Assembly (NCBI GenBank): GCA_036508755.1
Contig: DATCGV010000087.1
Span: 1,677 to 65,676 of the forward strand
Direction: 5' to 3'
DNA: 64,000 bases
Origin: Candidatus Limnocylindrales bacterium
GTDB lineage: Bacteria > Chloroflexota > Limnocylindria > Limnocylindrales > CSP1-4
In this document: positions 49,993 through 58,725 of the stretch, in pieces
Layout of the letters: every line of letters starts with the position of its first letter
Numbering within the stretch: the stretch's first letter is position 1
Translations under genes and position numbers: made by a program
The notes under the pieces: model-generated
What the model saw: only the letters and a program-made list of their open reading frames with translations
Told to the model about the DNA's origin: nothing
Databases searched by the model: none

Positions 49993-50798
49993 TCGCCCCT
50001 CCGCCGCGCGCCCAGGCCAGATTCATCGAGCCGTGCCGGCCGCAACCTGCCGCCCGGATAGCCCAAATCCCGACCTGTTCCGTCGCGCAGCAGCTTGCCG
50101 CGCACTTCGTCACGGACGGCGAGCGCGTTCTTGCCCATCTGGCGCCGAAACGTGGATACCTGCGTCTTCCATTCGTGTGTCGATCCTTCCCAGCCGGTGG
50201 TCCGCTCCACAATCGCGCGTCTGACGTCCTCGGCCGAGCTGCCCGGGAAGGTCGTCAGCGCGTGACCGACGTGCTCCGCACGATGGGCGTCGCTCGCGCC
50301 AAGCGCCGCGACGCCCATCTCAGCGATGAACTCGGGCGCCCGTCTGGACCAGCGCATGCTGGCCGTGGTCGGGTTGAACGCTTCGATCCCGTCCGGGTGG
50401 AAGATCGGGTCGGGATCCGCCATCAGCTTGCGTATCGACCCGGCGCTCGCGCACAGCGGATATGGCACGAGCGGATGGGCGATGATCGCGAGGCCGCCTT
50501 GCTCGTGGATCTGCCTGACCGTCGAGCGGAGCGATCCCCACGGCCGAATGCGCTCGTTGATGTACAGCGCCACGACGTGGCCGCCGCGCGTGGTGACCTC
50601 TTCACCGACGACGACCTGGACATGCAGGCCGCGCGCCTCGGCCATCGCCTTGGCGGCGTGCGCCGCGTCCACACGCTCGTGGTCGGCAATCGCGATGACG
50701 TCGAGGTGGGCGCGGTTCTCGGCGTGGTCGAGGATCTCAGCCACGCTCGACACGCCGTCAGAGGCCAGGCTGTGGATGTGCAGATCGGCGCGGCCCAT
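49989..50798 (-). CDS. PHP-domain metal-dependent phosphoesterase (TrpH/YciV-like)
   Basis: ATG at 50798. N-terminal motif ADLHIHSLASDGVSS, then IAIADHE and IAHP. Overlaps the upstream stop by 1 nt and the downstream pimA start by 4 nt. Confidence 0.8.
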   Translation of the reverse strand: MGRADLHIHSLASDGVSSVAEILDHAENRAHLDVIAIADHERVDAAHAAKAMAEARGLHVQVVVGEEVTTRGGHVVALYINERIRPWGSLRSTVRQIHEQGGLAIIAHPLVPYPLCASAGSIRKLMADPDPIFHPDGIEAFNPTTASMRWSRRAPEFIAEMGVAALGASDAHRAEHVGHALTTFPGSSAEDVRRAIVERTTGWEGSTHEWKTQVSTFRRQMGKNALAVRDEVRGKLLRDGTGRDLGYPGGRLRPARLDESGLGARRRGE

Positions 50799-51844
50799 CA
50801 GTGGCTCGCTCCGCGGGCATCTGCCGCCAGGTCGTCCCAGATCGGAAAGAACATCGTCCACCACTGTTCAGGCGCGTCGGCGATGGCGCGCTCGAACGCT
50901 CGCGCCTGCGCGTCCATGAAGCCGGCCAGGCGCTCGCGGGTCGTCCCCGTCGCCGGCATCTCCAGGCGTTCGAGGCGCGTCGGGTAGCGGGCGCCGGCGC
51001 GCCGCGTGGCGACGAGCCATGTCGGCGCGCCCGTCTCGAGGGCGAGGACTGCCGGCCCCGCCGGCAGGCGCGCCGGCGCGCCAAAGAGATCGACACGAAC
51101 GCCTTTGCCGCCGATCTGTCGGTCAGCGACGAGGGCGACGGTCTCGCCCCGGTCGAGCGTGTCGCGCACGACGGTCGCGGCACCGGCGAGCGGGATGACG
51201 CGCAGTCCGGTCTGGCCGCGCGAGCGCTCGAAATAGGCCTGCAGGTCCGGATCAGCGATCGTCTCCATGGGTGCGGTGATGGGCACTCCCCGTGCGGTGG
51301 CCCACAGAGCGGGGATCTCGACCGCGCCGAAATGCAGACCGACGACGATCGTCGGGCCGCGCCGGCCGGCAGGAAACGCCTCGTCGGCCAGCGCAGGCAC
51401 GTCGGGCTGGACGCGCGCGAGCTCAGCCGGCAGCGCGAAGCGGCGCACGGTTGCGTTCTCGAGGTAGCTGCGCACCCAGTGTCCGAACGCATCACGCACG
51501 AGCCGGTCGAGCTCGCGGGCATCGCGCGCGGCGGCAGCTGTCCGTGGCCCGCCCATGTCGTGAGCGGCGAGATAGGTGCAGACGCGTTCGAGGTTGGCGC
51601 GCACCAGCCGCCGCCGCGCCGGCCGGGTTCGGTACAGCACGCCGCCCCACGCCCACGCGAGGCCCACGAGAGGGCGCTCGGGAAGCCGCGTCAGGAGACC
51701 GGAAAGCACGGACAGGCCGCGCACGACGAGCCTGCCGCGTAGCGACTGGCGACGCTTGGGTGCCGGCGGCCGGGTGGCGCGCGCCCCTGCGTCGTGTGAT
51801 TCGACGCCGGGTGACTGTGGCTTGGCCGCCACGACCGTCGTCAT
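50798..51844 (-). CDS. HtrB/LpxL-family lipid acyltransferase (PatA-like PIM acyltransferase candidate)
   Basis: ATG at 51844 (ATGA overlap). Motif VGLHFGAVE (HxxxxE) and C-terminal ...PEQWWTMFFPIW, typical of the Lip_A_acyltrans family. Confidence 0.75.
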   Translation of the reverse strand: MTTVVAAKPQSPGVESHDAGARATRPPAPKRRQSLRGRLVVRGLSVLSGLLTRLPERPLVGLAWAWGGVLYRTRPARRRLVRANLERVCTYLAAHDMGGPRTAAAARDARELDRLVRDAFGHWVRSYLENATVRRFALPAELARVQPDVPALADEAFPAGRRGPTIVVGLHFGAVEIPALWATARGVPITAPMETIADPDLQAYFERSRGQTGLRVIPLAGAATVVRDTLDRGETVALVADRQIGGKGVRVDLFGAPARLPAGPAVLALETGAPTWLVATRRAGARYPTRLERLEMPATGTTRERLAGFMDAQARAFERAIADAPEQWWTMFFPIWDDLAADARGASH

Positions 51845-52989
51845 GCGCCGGCCCCAGAGATGCTCAGCGCCCGCTCGGCGAGCGCCTGCTTCTCCTGCGC
51901 GGTCTGGGGCCAGATGGGCTTGAACGAGTACCACTGCTCTGGCGCGGTCGAGATCATGTCCTCGAGCGCGACCGCGATGAGTTGAGTTGCGCGTTGCATC
52001 TCAGCGTCGCTCGTATCGGCGACGTCGATCGGGTCGTAATGGCGGGCGAGGTACGTGCCGTCGTCGAGGCGGCGACAGACGACCGGCACGATCGCCGCCT
52101 TGGTCTTGGCCGCGAGCATCGCCGGCCCAGCCGGCAGCGTGGTCCACTCGCCGAAGAGTCGAACGGGAATGCCGTCGGGTCGGTAGCCCCAGTCAACGAC
52201 GAGGCCCAGGATGGCCGGTTCACGCAGTGCGCTGAAGACGCGGCGCAGGTTGCGCCAGGGAATGATCTCGATCTTCCAGCGTCGGCGCTGGGCGTTCATC
52301 TCCTCCAACAGCTCGGGGTACGCGGAATCATCGGCCAGCCCGTAGGTCGGCAGCCCGCGCAGCGCAAAAGCACCAGCCAGCAGGTCGATCGACCCGACGT
52401 GGCCCGAGACTGCGATCAGGCCGCGCTTCTGGGCGCGTAGTCGCTCGAACAGATCGATGAACGACTGCCCGCCGTGATCGCCGTCGAGTTGGGCGAGGAG
52501 CCGCGTTGGTTCATCGGCGGGCAGGTATGGCAGGCGCATCAGCTCGATCACGAACTGGGCATAGGTGGCGTAGATGCGCTGAGCCAGGCTGCGCACGCGC
52601 CGGTCGGCCGGCGGCAGGCCGAGCACGTGCGACGCGTTCGAGAGGATGATCCGGCGCTTGACCGGCCACGCGAAGTAGCTGCCGACGAACAGCGCCCGAC
52701 CGACGGGCAGACTGACCCGCGTCGGGACATGCGCGATCGCGGCCGAGGCAGCACGGTAGCCACGTACGGCGGAGCGCTCGCGCGCCCGCCGTACGGCTCT
52801 GCCGACCCGACTGCCGGCCTGTTCTCTACGGTGCGGCGCGTAGTTGATGCCGCTGTCTGTCTCGCTCAGCTGGTTGGGACCTCGCTTCAGAGGTGTAACG
52901 CTAGGCGACGGTTGCCTTGGCCGCCTGTGCGGCCTTTTTGCTCGCTGATGGCGAAGCGTGGCTGCCGAGTCGTCGTCGCTTGAGAGCAA
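51841..52989 (-). CDS. HtrB/LpxL-family lipid acyltransferase, second paralogue (start uncertain)
   Basis: Motif VSGHVGSID and C-terminal ...[11 protein letters not shown]. The only in-frame ATG/GTG/TTG start is at 52989, which overlaps the ino1 3' end by 89 nt. Confidence 0.7.
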   Translation of the reverse strand: MLSSDDDSAATLRHQRAKRPHRRPRQPSPSVTPLKRGPNQLSETDSGINYAPHRREQAGSRVGRAVRRARERSAVRGYRAASAAIAHVPTRVSLPVGRALFVGSYFAWPVKRRIILSNASHVLGLPPADRRVRSLAQRIYATYAQFVIELMRLPYLPADEPTRLLAQLDGDHGGQSFIDLFERLRAQKRGLIAVSGHVGSIDLLAGAFALRGLPTYGLADDSAYPELLEEMNAQRRRWKIEIIPWRNLRRVFSALREPAILGLVVDWGYRPDGIPVRLFGEWTTLPAGPAMLAAKTKAAIVPVVCRRLDDGTYLARHYDPIDVADTSDAEMQRATQLIAVALEDMISTAPEQWYSFKPIWPQTAQEKQALAERALSISGAGA

Positions 52990-54175
52990 GCGCCTTCTCG
53001 GTGCCGACGAGTGTCTCGTTGTCCTCGCCGCGGATGAACGCCTCGACGCGGTTGAACGCGATGTCGTCGTGGATCTGGATCGGCGGGCTCTTCATGAAGT
53101 AGCTCGAAGGAGCGACGAGTGTGCCCTTGAGGCCGCGATCGAGACCGAGCTTCAGGCAGCGCACGGAATCAGTGATCACGCCGGCGCTGTTGGGCGAGTC
53201 CCAGACCTCGAGCTTGAGCTCGGCGTTGAGTGGCACGTCGCCGTAGGTCGTGCCCTCCATCCGGATGTAGCACCACTTGCGGTCGAGCAGCCACGGCACG
53301 TGGTCGCTTGGGCCGACGTGGATGTTGTCCGGGTCGATCTCGTAGTCGAGCATGCTCGTGACGGCATTGGTCTTGCTGATCTTCTTCGACTCCAGGCGTT
53401 CGCGCTCGAGCATATTCAGGAAGTCGGTATTGCCACCGAAGTTGAGCTGGTAGGTGCGATCGAGACGGACGCCGCGGTCCATGAACAGGCGCGTCAGCAC
53501 GCGGTGCGTGATCGTCGCGCCGACCTGGCTCTTGATGTCATCGCCGATGATCGGCAGGCCTTCCTCGGCGAAGCGGCGCTGCCAGTAGGGCTCACGACCG
53601 ATGAACACCGGGATGGCGTTGACGAAGCCGACGCCGGCCTTGAGCGCCTGCTCGACGTACCACTTGGTCGCCTCTTCCGAGCCGACGGGCAGGTACGAGA
53701 CCATCACGTCGACCTGGCGCTCCTTGAGGATGCCGACGACGTCGACCGTGGGACCGGGCGCCTTCTCGATGATCTGGGAGAGGTACTTGCCCAGGCCGTC
53801 GTGGGTCATGCCGCGCTGCACTTCCACGCCCAGGTGCGGTACCTGCTGGAACACGTACGTGTTGTTCGGCTTGGTGTAGATCGCCTCGGACAGGTCCTTG
53901 CCGACCTTGTTCTTGTCGATGTCAAAGGCAGCCACGAAGTGGATATCGCGGATGTGGTAGCCGCCCAGGTTGACATGCATCAGACCCGGCACGAACTCGT
54001 CGTCGGCCGCATTCTCGTAGTAGTAGCGGCCCTGGACGAGGCTGCTGGCGCAGTTGCCGACGCCCACGATCGCGACGCGGATCTTGCCGTCGTTGCGCTT
54101 CGGGCCGCGCCCGTTGCCGTTCCCGTGGACCTTTGCGTCCGCGTGAGCCTTGCCGTTGCCACTGCCCTTGGCCAT
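52901..54175 (-). CDS. ino1: myo-Inositol-1-phosphate synthase
   Basis: ATG at 54175. [22 protein letters not shown]..., essentially the bacterial MIPS signature, with Lys/Gly-rich N- and Lys/Ala-rich C-terminal tails. The listed 602-aa ORF is an out-of-frame extension over pgsA. Confidence 0.9.
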   Translation of the reverse strand: MAKGSGNGKAHADAKVHGNGNGRGPKRNDGKIRVAIVGVGNCASSLVQGRYYYENAADDEFVPGLMHVNLGGYHIRDIHFVAAFDIDKNKVGKDLSEAIYTKPNNTYVFQQVPHLGVEVQRGMTHDGLGKYLSQIIEKAPGPTVDVVGILKERQVDVMVSYLPVGSEEATKWYVEQALKAGVGFVNAIPVFIGREPYWQRRFAEEGLPIIGDDIKSQVGATITHRVLTRLFMDRGVRLDRTYQLNFGGNTDFLNMLERERLESKKISKTNAVTSMLDYEIDPDNIHVGPSDHVPWLLDRKWCYIRMEGTTYGDVPLNAELKLEVWDSPNSAGVITDSVRCLKLGLDRGLKGTLVAPSSYFMKSPPIQIHDDIAFNRVEAFIRGEDNETLVGTEKALALKRRRLGSHASPSASKKAAQAAKATVA

Positions 54176-54177
54176 GG

Positions 54178-54861
54178 TTACTTGTGAGCCTCCTGCCTTG
54201 TTGACTGTGACTGGCGATAGACGAAATAGATGCGTTGGATGGTCGTGATGGTTGCGAGGAGCACGATCAGGCCGAGGCTGCCGAACATGGCGATGTCTCC
54301 GGCTGTATTCGGCCAAAACATCTCGCCTGGGCCTCCGGCCAGCCCGGTAAGCACAAGTCCGACCACGAGGATGCCGAGTCGAACCTCGCGCGGCGCCAGC
54401 CCTACGTTCGCCATACCCGTTCCGGAGCTGAAGCCGAGGCTTTCTGACTTGGCGCGCGTGTAGCTGACCATGAACGATGCGGCGAGGGCTGCGATCGGAA
54501 ACATCTCGTGAAAGCCGATCGGGCCGCCTTCGACCGTCCAGCCGAGACCCCACGCGATCCCGATGTAGACGATCCCCTCGCCGGCGCGGTCCATCGTGCT
54601 GTCGAGGAAGGCGCCGAACTTGCTGGTCTTGCCCGTCGCCCTGGCCAGCGCCCCGTCGAAGAGATCGAAGACTGCCCCGAACGCGACAAGTAACCCGGCA
54701 ACGAGCCACGCGTGCTGGGCTGCTGCCACCGCGGCAACCACGGCGATGGCGAAGCCGATGAGCGTCAGCGCGTTGGGCGACAGGCCGGTGCGCACGAACA
54801 CGCGTGCCACGGGTGCCTCGATGGTTGCCCGGAAGCGCTGGCGGAACGACGCCGAGATCAC
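54178..54861 (-). CDS. pgsA: CDP-alcohol phosphatidyltransferase, PgsA1-like phosphatidylinositol-phosphate synthase
   Basis: Signature [30 protein letters not shown] (DG-x2-AR-x8-G-x3-D-x3-D). GTG at 54861, 6 nt after the ArsR stop. Adjacent to ino1. Confidence 0.78.
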   Translation of the reverse strand: MISASFRQRFRATIEAPVARVFVRTGLSPNALTLIGFAIAVVAAVAAAQHAWLVAGLLVAFGAVFDLFDGALARATGKTSKFGAFLDSTMDRAGEGIVYIGIAWGLGWTVEGGPIGFHEMFPIAALAASFMVSYTRAKSESLGFSSGTGMANVGLAPREVRLGILVVGLVLTGLAGGPGEMFWPNTAGDIAMFGSLGLIVLLATITTIQRIYFVYRQSQSTRQEAHK

Positions 54862-54866
54862 GGCCG

Positions 54867-55199
54867 TCAGCTCGCGAGGCCGAGCATCTCGCGCTCGCGG
54901 GCGCGGAAATGGGTCAGGACATCCCTGCTCAGCGTGCAGATCACCTCGCGGCCGGCGCGGCGCGTCTCTACTACTCCGGCCGCCTTGAGCCGGTGCAGGT
55001 GCCACGAGACGAGTGGCTGGGACAGGTCGACGTGCGCGGTCAGCTCAGTGACCGTCGCCGGACTTTCTGCCAGGCGCTGCATCAGGCGCAGGCGGGTCGG
55101 GTCGGAAAGTGCCTTGTGATATGCCGCGACCAAGCGCAGCTCCTCGGGCGGAGCGGTCAGCGCGGCGAGAGTTGATCGAATGTGGGCGGGAGAGGGCAA
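54867..55199 (-). CDS. ArsR/SmtB-family transcriptional regulator
   Basis: wHTH region ...[51 protein letters not shown].... A TTG at 55199 preceded by AAGGA gives 110 aa. The longer ORF to 55280 would cover the operator-like palindrome. Confidence 0.8.
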   Translation of the reverse strand: MPSPAHIRSTLAALTAPPEELRLVAAYHKALSDPTRLRLMQRLAESPATVTELTAHVDLSQPLVSWHLHRLKAAGVVETRRAGREVICTLSRDVLTHFRAREREMLGLAS

Positions 55200-55237
55200 G
55201 TGCGTCCTTCTGGGCTGCGTCGGGCTGGGACGACGAC

Positions 55238-55269
55238 GCCTAATACATAAAGCAGTGTTGATATTAGGC
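55238..55269. promoter_or_regulatory. AT-rich inverted repeat (GCCTAATA-N16-TATTAGGC), candidate operator in the ArsR / MFS divergent promoter region
   Basis: Perfect 8-bp arms in the only AT-rich stretch between the divergent ArsR operon and the MFS gene. Confidence 0.4.
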
Positions 55270-55314
55270 ACGGCCGTCACGACATGTCAACAGGCCGCGT
55301 TCCATACTCGGCGG

Positions 55315-56901
55315 ATGTCGCGCAGCGCCAGGCTCGTCGTCCTTGCTTCGCTGGGCCTGGGCGTATTCCTCGTTGGCGTCGAGCTCATGGTCACGGCCGT
55401 GGCACTGCCGCAGATCCTGAACAGCCTGACCGACTGGACCCAGCTCCGCCACGCGGCGTGGATCGTCAACGGCTACCTCGTCGCGTACGTGGCGGTCATG
55501 CCGCTCGCCGGCCGTGCCGCGGACAGGTTCAGCCTTGCCACGCTGTACGGCATCAGTCTCGCGACCTTTGCCGTTGGCTCGTTTGCCGCGGGCACGGCGC
55601 CGAGTCTCGACTGGCTGATCGCGGCGCGGGTCGTGCAGGGCGCGGGCGCGGGCGCTGTCTTTCCGCTCGCCACGGCCGCTGCGGGGCATCTCTTCGAAGG
55701 CCCGGCCCGCGCCCGCGCCATCGGAGTCGTGGGTGCGCTGTCCTTTCTGGGCATGGCGTGCGGGCCGTTCGTCGGTGCCACCATCCTGCAGACCTTTCAG
55801 CTCGCGGGAGGTGCGCTGGTCACGCCCAGCTGGCGCTGGGTGTTCTATCTCGGTGCCCCGTTCGCCCTCCTCGCCGGCGTCTACACCTGGGCGACCGCGC
55901 GCAACTGGCCCCGTCCGACCGGTGGCGGCTCGCTCGACATCGTCGGCGCCACGCTGTTCACAAGCGGCGTGTCTCTGGGCCTGATCGCGATTAGCACGGT
56001 CGGCGGCGACGATCAGACACTGCCGCTGGTGCTGGGCGCTGTCGGGCTCGGCGCCTTGATCGCGGCCTTGGCCTGGTTCCGACGCCGGCCCGATCCGTTC
56101 TTCGACCTCAACCACTTCCGCGATCGGACGTTCTCCGGGGCGGTGCTCATGAGCCTGCTGACCGGTTACGCGTTCGCGACCGCAATCATCGGCGCGGCCG
56201 TGTTCGTCGATCGCGTGCGCTATGCCGGACCCTCCGAGCAGCAGCTCGCGCTGGGCGCGCTGGCCGCGGCAACGGCCCTGGGTGCGCTGGCCTCGGGCTA
56301 CATCGTGCGGCCGATGGGAGTGATGCTGCCCAGCGTGTGTGGCCTAGTGGCCCAGGTTGCCGGCCTGCTCGTCGTGGCCACGGCCCGGCCCGAGACTGAC
56401 CTGGCCGTGCTGTGCGCCGGCCTCGCGCTGATCGGCGCCGGTTTCGGGGTGACCGTGACCGCGCGCACGTCGGGTGCCCTTGAGACGCTCGGCCGGCGCG
56501 CATTCGGCGTCGCCAGCGCGACCCTGACCGTCGGCCGCATGCTCGGCATGGCCATCGGCGTGAGCGCCCTGACCGTCCTGGGCTCCAACCGGATCGAGTC
56601 ACTTTCCGTGGTCCTGACCGACCAGGCGGCGCGCGACGCGGTCCTGCCGCCGGCACTCCAGGGCCGGCCACTGCAGGATTACCTGGTCGTCGACGCGCTC
56701 GAGCGCTGGGCCGCCGGCCAGGCCGCCGACATCCTGGGCACGGTATTCGTTGTCGCCGCGATCGTGACGGCTATCGCCATTCTGCCTACGCTGGCAATGC
56801 GCAACCGGCCGGGTGCGCGAGTCCGGCAGGAAGCAAAGCAGAGGTTCCAGGACGACCCAGATGGCACAGCGGACCAGCAGACGTCGGCGCTCGGCTTCTA
56901 G
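55315..56901 (+). CDS. MFS transporter, DHA2 (14-TMS EmrB/QacA-like) family
   Basis: ATG at 55315. MSRSARLVVLASLGLGVFLVGVELMVTAVALPQIL..., multiple TM segments, motif ...PLAGRAADRF.... Confidence 0.85.
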   Translation: MSRSARLVVLASLGLGVFLVGVELMVTAVALPQILNSLTDWTQLRHAAWIVNGYLVAYVAVMPLAGRAADRFSLATLYGISLATFAVGSFAAGTAPSLDWLIAARVVQGAGAGAVFPLATAAAGHLFEGPARARAIGVVGALSFLGMACGPFVGATILQTFQLAGGALVTPSWRWVFYLGAPFALLAGVYTWATARNWPRPTGGGSLDIVGATLFTSGVSLGLIAISTVGGDDQTLPLVLGAVGLGALIAALAWFRRRPDPFFDLNHFRDRTFSGAVLMSLLTGYAFATAIIGAAVFVDRVRYAGPSEQQLALGALAAATALGALASGYIVRPMGVMLPSVCGLVAQVAGLLVVATARPETDLAVLCAGLALIGAGFGVTVTARTSGALETLGRRAFGVASATLTVGRMLGMAIGVSALTVLGSNRIESLSVVLTDQAARDAVLPPALQGRPLQDYLVVDALERWAAGQAADILGTVFVVAAIVTAIAILPTLAMRNRPGARVRQEAKQRFQDDPDGTADQQTSALGF

Positions 56902-56935
56902 CGTTCATCAAACGCGATCAACGCCGCTGTGGGCG

Positions 56936-57886
56936 ATGGCCTGGAGCCCGACAGAGGAAACGCGGACGCTCGCGACGTTCGACGAGCTCGTGGCCGCATA
57001 TGCGAAGCCCGACACACGCCTGTGGATCGACCTCGAGAACCCCGACCGCGACCTGCTCGATGAACTTGCCAAGCTCTTGGGCCTGCATCCTCTGATCACG
57101 GAGGACATCCTCGAGAGCAACCAACGGGCGAAGGTCGAGGTCACAGGCGATGACCTTCACATCGTGATCTTCGCGCTGCACCACGACGACGATCGCATCG
57201 TCAACCACGAGATCGACATCGTCCTCGGCCAGCGCTTCCTGCTGACGGCGCACGACCCGTCGGTGAAGCCTCGCGAAGCGCCATTCATGCGACGCAATTC
57301 GGGCGCCCACCTTGAAGGGGGCGTCGACTACACGTTATGGGCGGTCTGCGATTGGATCGTCGACGACTACTTCCCGGTGTTCGACACGATTGGCGACGAG
57401 ATCGACGAGCTCGAGGACGCGGTTATGCGTGCGGCCAACCGATCCATCGTCGAGCGCCTGTTCGACCTGCGCAAGGATCTGCTCGTCATCCGCCATGCCG
57501 TTAATCCGGTACGCGAGATATTCAATCAGCTGACCAACCGCGATCTCGGCCTCGTCGAGGAAGAGCGCATCGTCTACTTCCGCGACATCTACGACCACCT
57601 GATCCGGCTGAACGATGAGCTCGACAGCTACCGCGAGCTGGTCAGCACGACGCTCGACATCTATCTGTCGCAGATCAACAACAACCTGTCCGAGATCATG
57701 AAGCGGCTCACCGGGGTGACCGTCGTGCTGGCAACGATCGGCGCGATCGGCGGCATCTTCGGCATGAGCGAGGCCGGCTCCGCGTTCAACTTCACCGAAT
57801 CGTGGGGCTTCTGGGCGGTCACGCTCGCGGCCATCGCGATCGCGATCGCGATCCTCCTGTTCTTCCGCCGGCGCGGCTGGATCTGA
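56936..57886 (+). CDS. corA: CorA-family divalent cation transporter (signature GMS instead of GMN)
   Basis: Cytoplasmic CorA domain plus two C-terminal TM helices. The loop is ...IGGIFGMSEAG... where GMN is expected. Confidence 0.78.
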   Translation: MAWSPTEETRTLATFDELVAAYAKPDTRLWIDLENPDRDLLDELAKLLGLHPLITEDILESNQRAKVEVTGDDLHIVIFALHHDDDRIVNHEIDIVLGQRFLLTAHDPSVKPREAPFMRRNSGAHLEGGVDYTLWAVCDWIVDDYFPVFDTIGDEIDELEDAVMRAANRSIVERLFDLRKDLLVIRHAVNPVREIFNQLTNRDLGLVEEERIVYFRDIYDHLIRLNDELDSYRELVSTTLDIYLSQINNNLSEIMKRLTGVTVVLATIGAIGGIFGMSEAGSAFNFTESWGFWAVTLAAIAIAIAILLFFRRRGWI

Positions 57887-57893
57887 TCGCCGC

Positions 57894-58670
57894 CTAAGGT
57901 TGTGCGCTCGGCGGCAGGCAAACACGCGGCGCGGCTGAAGGCATAGCTACGTCGCTCGCCGCCGGGACCGTCGAGACCGGCAAGGCCGCGACCTGGAGCT
58001 TGGGCACGGTTCCCGACGGACCCTCGCTGGTCTGAAGCACGAGCTGCTGCGTCGCGCCGTTGTGGGTCGCCAGCGTCAAATCGGTCGCGTGCTGTTTGAC
58101 GGTCGAGATCTGGTACAGGTGGAGCTCGTCGGTCGTCGTATAGACCTCTACGAGGGCTCCGATCATCGCCGCGCCGCTGTCGACGAGCGAGGCACGCAGG
58201 AGCGGCAGGAACATGCCTTTCTGGGCGTGGGCGTAGATGTAGGTCGTGCCCGGCTCGCCGGGCTGGACGAAGCCCGGCATGTACATCGCCACGTCGCACA
58301 GCGGATAACCGTCGGCGTTGCCTTGGATTTGGAGATCGCCCGCGACGATCGGCAGGTCGATGTCGAGCGAGGGGATGACGATGCGTGAAGCGTAGCCAAG
58401 CGGACCGGTGATGCTCGCCGAGGGCACCGGAGTCGGCGATGGCCCGATGGCGATGGGCGAGTCTGCGGCAGTTGGCTGCGGCCGCGTCGACTGCACGGCC
58501 GGCGACCCGGCGAAGAGCGGGTCGCCGGCCCCTCCGCCGGCGGGTGTCGCGGCCGTACCGTTGAGCGCCGACGGAGAGTAGGCGAGCGCGCCTGCGGCCA
58601 GGAGCATCACGCCACTCGCCATCAGCAGCGACGGCAGCAGGCGGTCGAGTAACACGATCAGGCGCGACAT
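57894..58670 (-). CDS. Sortase-like protein with Ser in place of the catalytic Cys
   Basis: N-terminal TM anchor. Sortase-like order RIVIPSLDIDLPIV ... PGEPGTTYIYAHAQ ... LVLQTSEGP, where sortases have (L)xTC. ATG at 58670. Confidence 0.5.
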   Translation of the reverse strand: MSRLIVLLDRLLPSLLMASGVMLLAAGALAYSPSALNGTAATPAGGGAGDPLFAGSPAVQSTRPQPTAADSPIAIGPSPTPVPSASITGPLGYASRIVIPSLDIDLPIVAGDLQIQGNADGYPLCDVAMYMPGFVQPGEPGTTYIYAHAQKGMFLPLLRASLVDSGAAMIGALVEVYTTTDELHLYQISTVKQHATDLTLATHNGATQQLVLQTSEGPSGTVPKLQVAALPVSTVPAASDVAMPSAAPRVCLPPSAQP

Positions 58671-58725
58671 GGCCCACCGATCGTAGATGCGCCCGCTTCG
58701 CGGCGCCGTAGTACATTCCCCGGAC

